Below are positions 7,156-15,310 of a stretch of 32,000 nucleotides of DNA, piece by piece. Both the position numbers and the translations under genes were made by a program. Source of the stretch: Delftia acidovorans NBRC 14950. Lineage in GTDB: Bacteria > Pseudomonadota > Gammaproteobacteria > Burkholderiales > Burkholderiaceae_C. Under the pieces are notes generated by a model. The model did no database searches, was not told where the DNA came from, and saw only the letters and a list, made by a program, of their open reading frames with translations. The stretch covers positions 150,001 through 182,000 of the forward strand of contig NZ_BCZP01000004.1 in NCBI RefSeq assembly GCF_001598795.1, in the 5' to 3' direction. The stretch's first letter is position 1; every line of letters begins with the position of its first letter.

Positions 7156-10100
7156 ATGGTGAGCATGCGCATGGATACTTTGGATTGGCGGCACAAGGCA
7201 ATTGCAACGGCCTGCCTGGCCCTGTGTGGCGCTGCATGGTCCGCGCCGTTCACCCCGGGCAACCTGGTGGCCTACCGCGTGGGCACCGGCACGGGCGCCC
7301 TGCCTGTGTATCTGGACGAGTACCGCGTGGACGGCACCCTGGTGCAATCGCTGCCGCTGTCAGGCGGTGCAACGCCGCTGACGGCCAGCAGCACGGGCTC
7401 GGAAGGCCTGCTCAACCGCTCGGCCAACGGCCTGTGCCTGACGGTCCCCGGCTATGCGGTGGCACCGGGCGGCGCCGATCCCAAGACGGCGGCGGCACGC
7501 GGCGTGGCCTTTGTCGATGCCGACGGTGTGGTGGGCAATGGCACGCGGCTGGGCGGTACGGCCCTGGTCGGCGATGCCTTTCGCAGCGTGGTCAGCGACG
7601 ACTGCAGCCGCGCCTGGGCCAGCGGCAGCGGCAGCCCCAGCGCCAACCGCGGCATCTGGTTCGTCCAGAAAGATGCCACCAGCGCCACCCAGCTGAGCAA
7701 CAAGAACACCCAGGGCATCACCATGGCCGATGGCCAGCTCTACGCGGCCTTTGCCAGCGGCGACACGCTCAACAGGATCGGAACCGGGCTGCCCACGACA
7801 GGCACGCCCGCAGTCAGCGCGCTGCCGGGCCTGGCGGGCAACAACCTGCGCGGCCTGGCCTTCCTCGATCTCGATGGCACGCCGGGCGCAGACACGCTCT
7901 ACGTGGCCGCCAACAACGATGGCACCGGCACGGTGCGCAAGTACACGCTGGAAGCGGGCACCTGGGTGGCCCGGGGCTCGGCGCCGCTGGCAGGCGCCCA
8001 TGGCCTGGCAGCCGTGCATCTGGGCCAGGGCGCGGTCATGCTGCTGGCCACCGGCTCCGACGGGCAGTTGTATCGCCTGTTCGATGCCTCGGGCCGCACC
8101 GGCACGCTGGCGGGCACGCCGCAGCCGCTGGCGTCGGGCATCGACGGCGTGCTGTACGGCCTGGCCTGGGCACCCGAAGTGTCCCCGCCGGCTACCGTGC
8201 CCGCAGCCCCTGCGAGCGTGAATGCCAGCGCCTCGGGCAACAGCGTGCAGGCGCAGTGGGCCAGCGTGAGCGGCGCGTCCTACTACCTGGTCGAACTGTC
8301 CAGCGACGGCTTCACCACCGTGTCGCACAGCCTGGCGGTGTTCGGCACCAGCCAGACCGTGGACGGCCTGGCGGCCGGCAGCCACCAGGTGCGCGTGCGT
8401 GCGGTGAACAGCCTCGGCGGCGGGGCGGCCGGCGTTTCCGCGCCCGTCACCACCAGCCCGCCCCCGACGACTTCCCTGCCCGCGCTGACCGCGTACTCGG
8501 GCGTGGTCGGCGATGCCAGCGATGTCCTCGCGGGCACGGGCCTGTCCTTCACCGTCAGCGATCCGGCCGCCACGGTCAGCGCCACGTCCAGCAATCTCGC
8601 CGTGGTCGCCGCCAACGGCCTGGTGGCGACGCAAAGCGGTGGCAACGCCGTGCTCAAGATCACGCCCACCGGCGTGGGCTATGCCGACATCACCGTCACG
8701 CTGACCAACGCGGGCGGCGCCTCCGTCAGCCGCACCATCAAGTACGCGGCCTCGGCCAACACCGCAGCCAACACCAGCCCGCGCTGGCTGGCCGGGCGCT
8801 CGGACGCATCGACGGCCATCGTCATCGATGCCGCCACCATGCTGGTGGGCGACGACGAGGCGCCCGCCCAGGATGCCTCGGGCAATGCGCTGCCGGCCGG
8901 CAACTCCTTCTCGGCCTATGGTCCGGCCGGCGGGCTGCCCATCAAGCCGCTGATGCTGGACAAGACCGCCCTGGGCCTGGCCGATGCCGCCGCCTGCGCC
9001 GCCCCCGGCCTCACGGGCCTGGACAGTTGCAAGAGCGACGAGGAAATGGACATCGAGGCCAGCTTTGCCCTGGGCAGCCGCGTGTACGTGGCGGGCTCGC
9101 ACTCCAACAACAAGAGCGGCAAGTCGCGCACCGACCGCTGGCGCCTGGCGGCGATGGATGTGACCGGCTCCGGCGCCTCCACGGCTCTGGCCGCCAGTGG
9201 CTACTACCGCTGGCTGCGCGAGGACCTGCGCAGCTGGGACGCGGCCGCGCATGACGGCCTTGCCGCCAACTACCTGGGCCTGGTGGCCAGCTCGGACGGC
9301 GGCGCCACCAAGGCGCCCGAGGCCGAGACAATGAGCGGCTTTTCCATCGAAGGCATGTCCACCAGCCCCGACAACGGCGCCGCCTGGCTGGGCTTTCGCG
9401 CGCCGCTGGTGCCGGCGCCGGGCGCGCCCGCCGTCACGGCCGACCAAGCCACGGGCCGCACGCATGCGCTGATCGTGCCCGTGACCAACTTCGCGGCCCT
9501 GCCTGCGGCCGATGGCGGCAGCAAGGGCAGCGCGACCATGGGCCAGCCGATTCGCCTGGATCTGGGCGGCCGCGGCATCCGCGAAATCCGCAAGAACGCG
9601 GCGGGCGAGTACCTGATCATTGCCGGCCCCTCGGCCAGCGCCACGGGCACCGCGCCGCGCAACTTCCAGCTCTACTCCTGGGATGGCCGCGTGAACGCCG
9701 CAGGCCTGGCCCTGAACCTGCGCCCGCGCGCTGCCGACCTGGCCGCCATCACCGTGCCCAATACCGCCTGCTCGGCCGAAGGCATAGGCGCCATGCCGGC
9801 CAGCCTGGACGCAGGCGGCAGCGTGGACATCATCAGCGACTGCGGCGATGCCGATTTCTACGGCGATGGCACCGTGGCCAAGGACCTGCCCTATGCCGCC
9901 TGGAAAAAGGCGCGCCTGGACAGCCTGGCGGTGCCGGCGCTGTCCACCGTGGCCCTGTCCGCCCAGGCCGTGGACCAGACATCGGCCGTGGTCCAGGCCA
10001 CGCCCGGCGTGGCCGGCAGCCTGCGCGCCGTGGCCCTGCCTGCCAATGCGCCCGTCCCCAGTTGGGAACAGGTCATGGCCGGCCTGGATGCCGCCGGCCT

Positions 10101-10815
10101 GCCGGCCCCTGCCAGCAACACGGTCAGCACCGCGGCCAATACCGCTGCCACGCTGTCCTTCACCGGCCTGGACCCCGCCGTGAGCTACCGCGTGCATGCG
10201 GTCAACCTGCCGGCATCGGGCACGGCCAGCGCGCCGGCTGTGCTGGCCCTGAGCAAGCCCACGCCCATCGGCACGCAGATCGGCACGGGCAGCAACACGG
10301 CAGGCGTCAGCAACGGCACGGGCAATGTGGGTGCGGACCAGTGGCAGTTCGCCTCGAACTCGGCAGGCTTTCAGCCCGCGCCCTCGCAAAGCCCGCTGCC
10401 GGGCAACCTGCGCCTGCCCTACGGCAGCCTGAGCTTCGTGCTCATGGGCGGCACGCCAGGCTCCATGGCCACCATCCGCATGGACCTGCCTGAAGCCGCA
10501 CCCGCCCAGGCCACGCTCTGGAAGTACGGCCCCACGGCCGCCACGCCCACGGCGCACTGGTATGAGCTGGCCGCGTCGGCCTACCGCTTCGCACCCGACC
10601 GCCGCTCGGTGAGCTTCGACATCACCGACGGGCAGACGGGAGACAGCGACCTGACCGTCAACGGCGTCATCGTGGACCCCGTGGCGGTGGCCGCGCCTGC
10701 GGCCCTGCCGCCCGGCGCCACGGCCACCCCCGTGCCCGGCCTGTCCACACTGGCCCAGGCGCTGCTGGCGCTGGCCCTGGGAGGCATCGCCACACTGCGC
10801 CGCCGCCGCGGCTGA
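7156..10815 (+). CDS. large secreted multidomain surface protein (1219 aa) with an N-terminal signal peptide and a C-terminal PEP-CTERM/IPTL-CTERM-like sorting signal
   Basis: - Signal peptide ...AIATACLALCGAAWSAPF.
- Gly/Thr-rich N-terminal domain of about 320 aa, beta-propeller-like.
- FN3-like segment (SVNASASGNSVQAQWASVSGASYYLVELS...HQVRVRAVNSLG).
- Ig-like segment.
- Central region of about 350 aa that resembles DUF3616/phytase-like folds.
- A second FN3-like segment (TLSFTGLDPAVSYRVHAVN).
- An anchor-adjacent domain with the DGQTGDSDLTVNGVIVDPV motif.
- Terminal VPGLSTLAQALLALALGGIATLRRRRG.

The start is ambiguous among ATG 7156, 7165 and 7171. Confidence 0.85.
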   Translation: MVSMRMDTLDWRHKAIATACLALCGAAWSAPFTPGNLVAYRVGTGTGALPVYLDEYRVDGTLVQSLPLSGGATPLTASSTGSEGLLNRSANGLCLTVPGYAVAPGGADPKTAAARGVAFVDADGVVGNGTRLGGTALVGDAFRSVVSDDCSRAWASGSGSPSANRGIWFVQKDATSATQLSNKNTQGITMADGQLYAAFASGDTLNRIGTGLPTTGTPAVSALPGLAGNNLRGLAFLDLDGTPGADTLYVAANNDGTGTVRKYTLEAGTWVARGSAPLAGAHGLAAVHLGQGAVMLLATGSDGQLYRLFDASGRTGTLAGTPQPLASGIDGVLYGLAWAPEVSPPATVPAAPASVNASASGNSVQAQWASVSGASYYLVELSSDGFTTVSHSLAVFGTSQTVDGLAAGSHQVRVRAVNSLGGGAAGVSAPVTTSPPPTTSLPALTAYSGVVGDASDVLAGTGLSFTVSDPAATVSATSSNLAVVAANGLVATQSGGNAVLKITPTGVGYADITVTLTNAGGASVSRTIKYAASANTAANTSPRWLAGRSDASTAIVIDAATMLVGDDEAPAQDASGNALPAGNSFSAYGPAGGLPIKPLMLDKTALGLADAAACAAPGLTGLDSCKSDEEMDIEASFALGSRVYVAGSHSNNKSGKSRTDRWRLAAMDVTGSGASTALAASGYYRWLREDLRSWDAAAHDGLAANYLGLVASSDGGATKAPEAETMSGFSIEGMSTSPDNGAAWLGFRAPLVPAPGAPAVTADQATGRTHALIVPVTNFAALPAADGGSKGSATMGQPIRLDLGGRGIREIRKNAAGEYLIIAGPSASATGTAPRNFQLYSWDGRVNAAGLALNLRPRAADLAAITVPNTACSAEGIGAMPASLDAGGSVDIISDCGDADFYGDGTVAKDLPYAAWKKARLDSLAVPALSTVALSAQAVDQTSAVVQATPGVAGSLRAVALPANAPVPSWEQVMAGLDAAGLPAPASNTVSTAANTAATLSFTGLDPAVSYRVHAVNLPASGTASAPAVLALSKPTPIGTQIGTGSNTAGVSNGTGNVGADQWQFASNSAGFQPAPSQSPLPGNLRLPYGSLSFVLMGGTPGSMATIRMDLPEAAPAQATLWKYGPTAATPTAHWYELAASAYRFAPDRRSVSFDITDGQTGDSDLTVNGVIVDPVAVAAPAALPPGATATPVPGLSTLAQALLALALGGIATLRRRRG

Positions 10816-10831
10816 CGCCCGCGCGCCTTCT

Positions 10832-10868
10832 GCACCGGCCGCACCTGGCCGCACCTGGCCGCACCCGG
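10832..10868. repeat. short tandem repeat, about 3.7 copies of the decamer GCACCTGGCC
   Basis: GCACCGGCC GCACCTGGCC GCACCTGGCC GCACCCGG, read directly. It lies between the stop codon of the large gene and its terminator. Confidence 0.6.
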
Positions 10869-10879
10869 TACCCCCACCA

Positions 10880-10914
10880 AGCCCCTGCACGGTTCGCCGC
10901 GCAGGGGCTTTTTG
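10880..10914 (+). terminator. rho-independent terminator of the large surface-protein gene
   Basis: AGCCCCTGC-(12 nt)-GCAGGGGCT followed by TTTTT. Confidence 0.75.
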
Positions 10915-10946
10915 CTGCGGCCTGGGAAAACCCTGAATCCACCGTG

Positions 10947-10975
10947 TTGACGGGGCTTGTTGCAAAAACAATAAT
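10947..10975 (+). promoter_or_regulatory. candidate sigma70 promoter of the hpa operon (TTGACG-N17-AATAAT) overlapping small dyads
   Basis: TTGACG is at 10947-10952 and AATAAT at 10970-10975. The dyad TTGTT-GCAAA-AACAA lies inside the spacer, and TAATTA / GTTAAC palindromes lie just downstream. These are plausible sites for a MarR-type regulator (HpaR). Confidence 0.4.
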
Positions 10976-10999
10976 TACCACGTTAACTAAATCCACACC

Positions 11000-11680
11000 A
11001 TGCAGATTCAGCCTTTTCTCCTGGATGACGGCCTTGCGCTGGGCACGGTCTACGGCACGCTGCTCAACCAGCAGGCCACCGTGCAGCGCCTGTCGCCGCA
11101 GTTCGACAGCGCGCCCTACAAGGCCGCTCCGCGCGCCCCCGTGCTCTACCTCAAGCCACGCAACACCTGGGCACGCGACGGCGCATCGGTGGCCGTGCCG
11201 GCCGATCCCGGCGAGGTCCGCGTCGATGCCAGCATCGGCCTGGTGATCGGCCGCAGCGCCACGCGCGCCAGCGAAGCAACGGCCCTGGACCATGTGGCCG
11301 GCTGGCTGATCGCCAGCGACCTCACGCTGCCGCACGAGAACTACTACCGCCCCGCCATCCGCCAGCGCTGCCGCGACGGTTTCTGCCCGCTGGGCACGCT
11401 GGTGCGCGGCGCAGGCTTCGATGCGCAAGCGGCAGAACTCACGGTGTCCATCAATGGTGAACAGGTCTGGCAGCGCGGTTTTGCCGACCTGGTGCGCTCG
11501 CCCGCAAGGCTGCTGGCCGACGTGACCGAATTCATGACGCTGTCGCCCGGCGACGTGCTGCTGCTGGGCCCGGGCGAAGGCGCGCCGCTGGCGCGGACCG
11601 GGGACCGCGTGGTCATCGAGGTGCCCGGCCTGGGCCGGCTCACGCATTCGGTGGTGGCAGAACAGGGAGCAGCAGCATGA
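11000..11680 (+). CDS. hpaG: FAH-family protein, homolog of the N-terminal half of the bifunctional HpcE/HpaG (OPET decarboxylase / HHDD isomerase)
   Basis: Collinear with the E. coli HpcE N-terminal domain as I recall it (SPYKAPP... / YLKPRNT / YYRPAI+.+CRDGFCPLG / LSPGD). Its stop overlaps the next start (ATGA at 11677-11680). Confidence 0.85.
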   Translation: MQIQPFLLDDGLALGTVYGTLLNQQATVQRLSPQFDSAPYKAAPRAPVLYLKPRNTWARDGASVAVPADPGEVRVDASIGLVIGRSATRASEATALDHVAGWLIASDLTLPHENYYRPAIRQRCRDGFCPLGTLVRGAGFDAQAAELTVSINGEQVWQRGFADLVRSPARLLADVTEFMTLSPGDVLLLGPGEGAPLARTGDRVVIEVPGLGRLTHSVVAEQGAAA

Positions 11681-12438
11681 AGCACGGACGCGTCATCCTC
11701 GAAGGACAGACCCTGCAGGTCACCGAAGGCCCGCACGGACAGGTGCAGCTGCCCGATGGCCGCCTGGTGGCAGAGACCGCCGTGCAGTGGCTGCCGCCGC
11801 TGCAGTTCGGCACCGTCTTCGCGCTGGGCCTGAACTATGCGGACCATGCCAAGGAAATCGCCTTCAACAAGGCGCCCGAGGAACCGCTGGTCTTCCTCAA
11901 GGGCCCGAACACGCTGAACGGCCACCACGGCCGAACGTACCGGCCCGCCGACGTGGCCTACATGCACTTCGAGTGCGAGCTGGGCGTGGTCATAGGCAAG
12001 ACCTGCCGCAACGTGCGCCGCGAAGACGCCTACAGCGTGGTCGCCGGCTACTGCACGGCCAACGACTACGCCATACGCGACTACCTGGAGAACTTCTACC
12101 GGCCCAACCTGCGCGTGAAGAACCGCGACGGCGCCACGCCCGTGGGCCCGTGGTTCGTCGATGCGGCCGATGTGCCCGACCCCATGAACCTGCGCCTGCG
12201 CAGCTGGGTCAACGGCGAGCTCAAGCAGGACGGCAGCACGCGCGACATGGTGCATGACATCCCCTCGCTGATCGCCCACCTGTCGGGCTTCATGACGCTG
12301 AACCCCGGCGATCTCATCCTCACCGGCACGCCCGACGGCGTGGCCGACTCCCGCGTGGGCGACGAGATCGTCACCGAGATCGAAGGCCTGGGCCGCCTGG
12401 TCAACACCATCGTCGGCGACGCGCCGGCCGCCTCCTGA
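11677..12438 (+). CDS. hpaG: FAH-family protein, homolog of the C-terminal half of HpcE/HpaG
   Basis: FALGLNYADHAKE, EEPLVFLKGPNTL, ECELGVVIGK, NDYAIRDYLENFYRPNLRVKNRDG and FMTLNPGDLILTGTP closely parallel the HpcE C-terminal domain. Confidence 0.9.
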   Translation: MKHGRVILEGQTLQVTEGPHGQVQLPDGRLVAETAVQWLPPLQFGTVFALGLNYADHAKEIAFNKAPEEPLVFLKGPNTLNGHHGRTYRPADVAYMHFECELGVVIGKTCRNVRREDAYSVVAGYCTANDYAIRDYLENFYRPNLRVKNRDGATPVGPWFVDAADVPDPMNLRLRSWVNGELKQDGSTRDMVHDIPSLIAHLSGFMTLNPGDLILTGTPDGVADSRVGDEIVTEIEGLGRLVNTIVGDAPAAS

Positions 12439-12466
12439 AACCCATCGCACACGCCAAGGAATCCCC

Positions 12467-13924
12467 ATGCGCATTGACCACCTGATCGACGGCAAGGCCG
12501 TCGCCGGCAAGGACTATTTCGAGACCGTCAACCCCGCCACCCAGGAGGTGCTGGCCGAGGTTGCCGCTGGCGGCGAGGCCGAGGTGCAGGCCGCCGTCGC
12601 CGCCGCGAAGAACGCCTTCCCGAAATGGGCCAACACGCCCGCCACCGAACGCGCCAAGCTCGTGCGCAAGCTGGGCGACCTGATCGCCCGCCATGTGCCC
12701 GAGATCGCGCAGACCGAGACCAACGACTGCGGCCAGGTCATCGCCCAGACGGGCAAGCAGCTGGTGCCGCGCGCGGCCGACAACTTCTACTACTTTGCCG
12801 AGATGTGCACGCGCGTGGACGGCCACACCTATCCCACGCCCACGCACCTGAACTACACCCTGTTCCACCCCGTGGGCGTGTGCGCGCTGATCTCGCCCTG
12901 GAACGTGCCCTTCATGACGGCCACCTGGAAGGTGGCGCCCTGCCTGGCCTTCGGCAACACGGCCGTGCTCAAGATGAGCGAGCTGTCGCCCATGACGGCC
13001 GCGCGCCTGGGCGAGCTGGCGCTGGAGGCCGGCATTCCGCCCGGCGTGCTCAACCTGGTGCACGGCTACGGCAAGGACGCGGGCGAGCCCCTGGTGCGCC
13101 ACCGCGATGTGCGCGCCGTCTCGTTCACGGGCTCGACCCAGACCGGCAACCGCATCGTGCAGGCCGCCGGCCTCAAGAAGTTCAGCATGGAGCTGGGCGG
13201 CAAGAGCCCCTTCGTGATCTTTGACGACGCCGACTTCGAGCGCGCGCTGGATGCGGCCGTGTTCATGATCTTCTCCAACAACGGCGAGCGCTGCACGGCC
13301 GGCAGCCGCATCCTGGTGCAAAAGAGCATCTACGCGAAATTCGTCGAGCGCTTCGTGGAGCGCGCCAGGAAGATCACCGTGGGCGACCCGCTGGAGGAGT
13401 CCACCATCGTCGGCCCCATGATCAGCGCCAGCCACCTGGCCAAGGTGCGCCACTACATCGAACTGGGCCAGAAGGAAGGCGCCAGCATGCTGTGCGGCGG
13501 GCTCGATGCGCCCGTGCTGCCCGAGCGCGTGCGCAAGGGCAACTACGTGCTGCCCACGGTGTTTGCCGATGTGGACAACCGCATGCAGATCGCCCAGGAC
13601 GAGATCTTCGGCCCCGTGGCCTGCATCATCCCCTTCAGCGACGAGGCCGAGGCCGTGCGCCTGGCCAACGACATCCAGTACGGCCTGTCCAGCTACGTCT
13701 GGACCGAGAGCGTGGGCCGAGCCCACCGCGTGGCCGCCGCCATCGAGGCCGGCATGTGCTTCGTCAACAGCCAGAACGTGCGCGACCTGCGCCAGCCCTT
13801 CGGCGGCACCAAGGCCTCGGGCACGGGCCGCGAGGGCGGCAGCTGGAGCTACGAGGTCTTCTGCGAGCCCAAGAACGTGGCCGTCTCGCTGGGCTCGCAC
13901 CATATTCCGCACTGGGGCGTCTGA
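12467..13924 (+). CDS. hpaE: 5-carboxymethyl-2-hydroxymuconate semialdehyde dehydrogenase (NAD-dependent aldehyde dehydrogenase)
   Basis: ALDH family: FTGSTQTG, ELGGKSP, and the catalytic Cys context NNGERCTAGSR. Operon context also supports the call. Confidence 0.85.
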   Translation: MRIDHLIDGKAVAGKDYFETVNPATQEVLAEVAAGGEAEVQAAVAAAKNAFPKWANTPATERAKLVRKLGDLIARHVPEIAQTETNDCGQVIAQTGKQLVPRAADNFYYFAEMCTRVDGHTYPTPTHLNYTLFHPVGVCALISPWNVPFMTATWKVAPCLAFGNTAVLKMSELSPMTAARLGELALEAGIPPGVLNLVHGYGKDAGEPLVRHRDVRAVSFTGSTQTGNRIVQAAGLKKFSMELGGKSPFVIFDDADFERALDAAVFMIFSNNGERCTAGSRILVQKSIYAKFVERFVERARKITVGDPLEESTIVGPMISASHLAKVRHYIELGQKEGASMLCGGLDAPVLPERVRKGNYVLPTVFADVDNRMQIAQDEIFGPVACIIPFSDEAEAVRLANDIQYGLSSYVWTESVGRAHRVAAAIEAGMCFVNSQNVRDLRQPFGGTKASGTGREGGSWSYEVFCEPKNVAVSLGSHHIPHWGV

Positions 13925-13969
13925 ACGGGCGACCAGCGACAACGACAAAGAGAACCGAGGAGACAAGAC

Positions 13970-14962
13970 ATGCAACGCCGCCATTTCCTGCAATCCACCG
14001 CAGCCACCACGGCCGCAGCGCTGATGCTCCCGGGCCTTTCCCAGGCCCAGCCCGGTAGCCCGGCCGGCACCTGGCCCGCAAAGCCGCTGCGCATCATCGT
14101 GCCCTTCACGCCGGGCGGCACCACCGACCTGGTGGCGCGCCTGGTGGGCACCGAGCTGGGCAAGTCCCTGGGCCAGCCTGTGATCGTGGAGAACAAGCCC
14201 GGCGCGGGCACGGTGATCGGCGTGGACTATGTGTCCAAGCAGCCGGCCGACGGCTACACCCTGGTGTGCGTGGCCAACAGCTTCACGGCCAACAAGACGC
14301 TGGTGAAGAACCTGCCCTACGACACCACGCGCGACCTCAAGCCCGTGGCGCTGATGGGCCTGTCCGAGCATGTGCTGGCCACCCACCCGGGCAGCGGCCT
14401 GAAGACGCTGGCCGACCTGCGCAGCCGCGCCAAGGCCAGGCCCGGCGAGCTCAGCTATGCCTCGTTCGGCAACGGCACCTCGGCCCATCTGTCGGGCGCG
14501 CTGCTGTGCCAGGAGATGGGCATCGAGATGGTCCACATCCCCTACAAGGGCCAGGGCCCGGCGCTGGCCGACCTGCTGGGCGGCCAGGTGGACGTGATGT
14601 TCGGCAACTGGCCCGAGTTCCGTGGCCATGTGCAAAGCGGCAAGCTGGTGGCACTGGGCATGGCCACGCGCCAGCGCTCGCAGTTCGCTCCCCAGGTGCC
14701 CACGCTGGCCGAGCAGGGCGTGGCGCTGGAATCCAACTCCTGGCAGGGTCTGCTGGCACCGGGCGCCACGCCCGATGCGCTGGTGCAGCGCATCAATGCC
14801 GCCGTGGTCAAGGCCCTGGCCGAGCCCGCCGTGGTGGATGCCTTCGCGCGCGGCGGCATCGTCTCGCAGGCCGGCACGGCGCAGCAGTTCGCAGCCTTCG
14901 TCACCAGCGAAATCGCCAAGTACGAAGCCATCATCCGCCGCGCCAACATCACGCTGGGCTGA
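13970..14962 (+). CDS. Bug-family (TctC-like) periplasmic solute-binding protein of a tripartite tricarboxylate-type transporter, with a Tat signal peptide
   Basis: MQRRHFLQSTAATTAAALMLPGLSQA (twin-arginine signal). Bug hallmarks are present: KPLRIIVPFTPGGTTDLVARLV, NKPGAGT, SFGNGTSAHL, HIPYKG. Confidence 0.9.
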   Translation: MQRRHFLQSTAATTAAALMLPGLSQAQPGSPAGTWPAKPLRIIVPFTPGGTTDLVARLVGTELGKSLGQPVIVENKPGAGTVIGVDYVSKQPADGYTLVCVANSFTANKTLVKNLPYDTTRDLKPVALMGLSEHVLATHPGSGLKTLADLRSRAKARPGELSYASFGNGTSAHLSGALLCQEMGIEMVHIPYKGQGPALADLLGGQVDVMFGNWPEFRGHVQSGKLVALGMATRQRSQFAPQVPTLAEQGVALESNSWQGLLAPGATPDALVQRINAAVVKALAEPAVVDAFARGGIVSQAGTAQQFAAFVTSEIAKYEAIIRRANITLG

Positions 14963-14982
14963 GGCCGACACCGGGAGCCGCC

Positions 14983-15309
14983 ATGAGCCTGTACACCATG
15001 CAGAAATTCCTGTTCCAGCTCAACCGCGAGCCCGAGGTGCAGCGGCGCTTCGCCGAGGACCGCGCCGCGCTGCTGGCCGAGTACGCGCTGGAGCCCGAGG
15101 AGTACGAAGCCATGTTCCATGGCGACATCGGCAAGCTCTACGTGCTGGGCTGCAACGGCCAGCTGCTGATGCACTTCGCGCCGCTGCTGGGCATGCCCTG
15201 GGCCGACTACCTGCAGGCCATGCGCGATGGCGTGCAAAAGCACGGACCGGTGCGCGCGGGCGTCTACGCGATGACGACAGCCACCAACGAAAAGATCGCA
15301 GGAGTTTGA
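14983..15309 (+). CDS. LigA-like small (alpha) subunit of a class III extradiol ring-cleavage dioxygenase (108 aa)
   Basis: This is the in-frame tail of track ORF 14266..15309. GGGAG lies upstream of ATG 14983. MSLYTMQKFLFQLNREPEVQRRFAEDRAALLAEYALEPEEYEAMFHGDIGKLYVLGCNGQLLMHFAPLLG resembles the LigA subunit family. The stop is 1 nt before the next start. Confidence 0.7.
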   Translation: MSLYTMQKFLFQLNREPEVQRRFAEDRAALLAEYALEPEEYEAMFHGDIGKLYVLGCNGQLLMHFAPLLGMPWADYLQAMRDGVQKHGPVRAGVYAMTTATNEKIAGV

Positions 15310-15310
15310 G

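Noticed and set aside
7360-10971. A 1203-aa ORF antisense to the giant surface-protein gene. Similar very long antisense or shifted ORFs occur at 124..1359 (-), 1977..3815 (-), 4552..6426 (-), 12401..14971 (-), 16365..19766 (-), 7026..9254 (+) and 28338..31298 (+).
   Set aside because: They are Arg/Ala/Gly/His-rich, low-complexity translations. Stop codons are rare in the non-coding frames of very GC-rich genes, which is what produces these ORFs. Several run straight across gene boundaries and intergenic terminators. In every case the opposite or other frame encodes a protein with clear family motifs.
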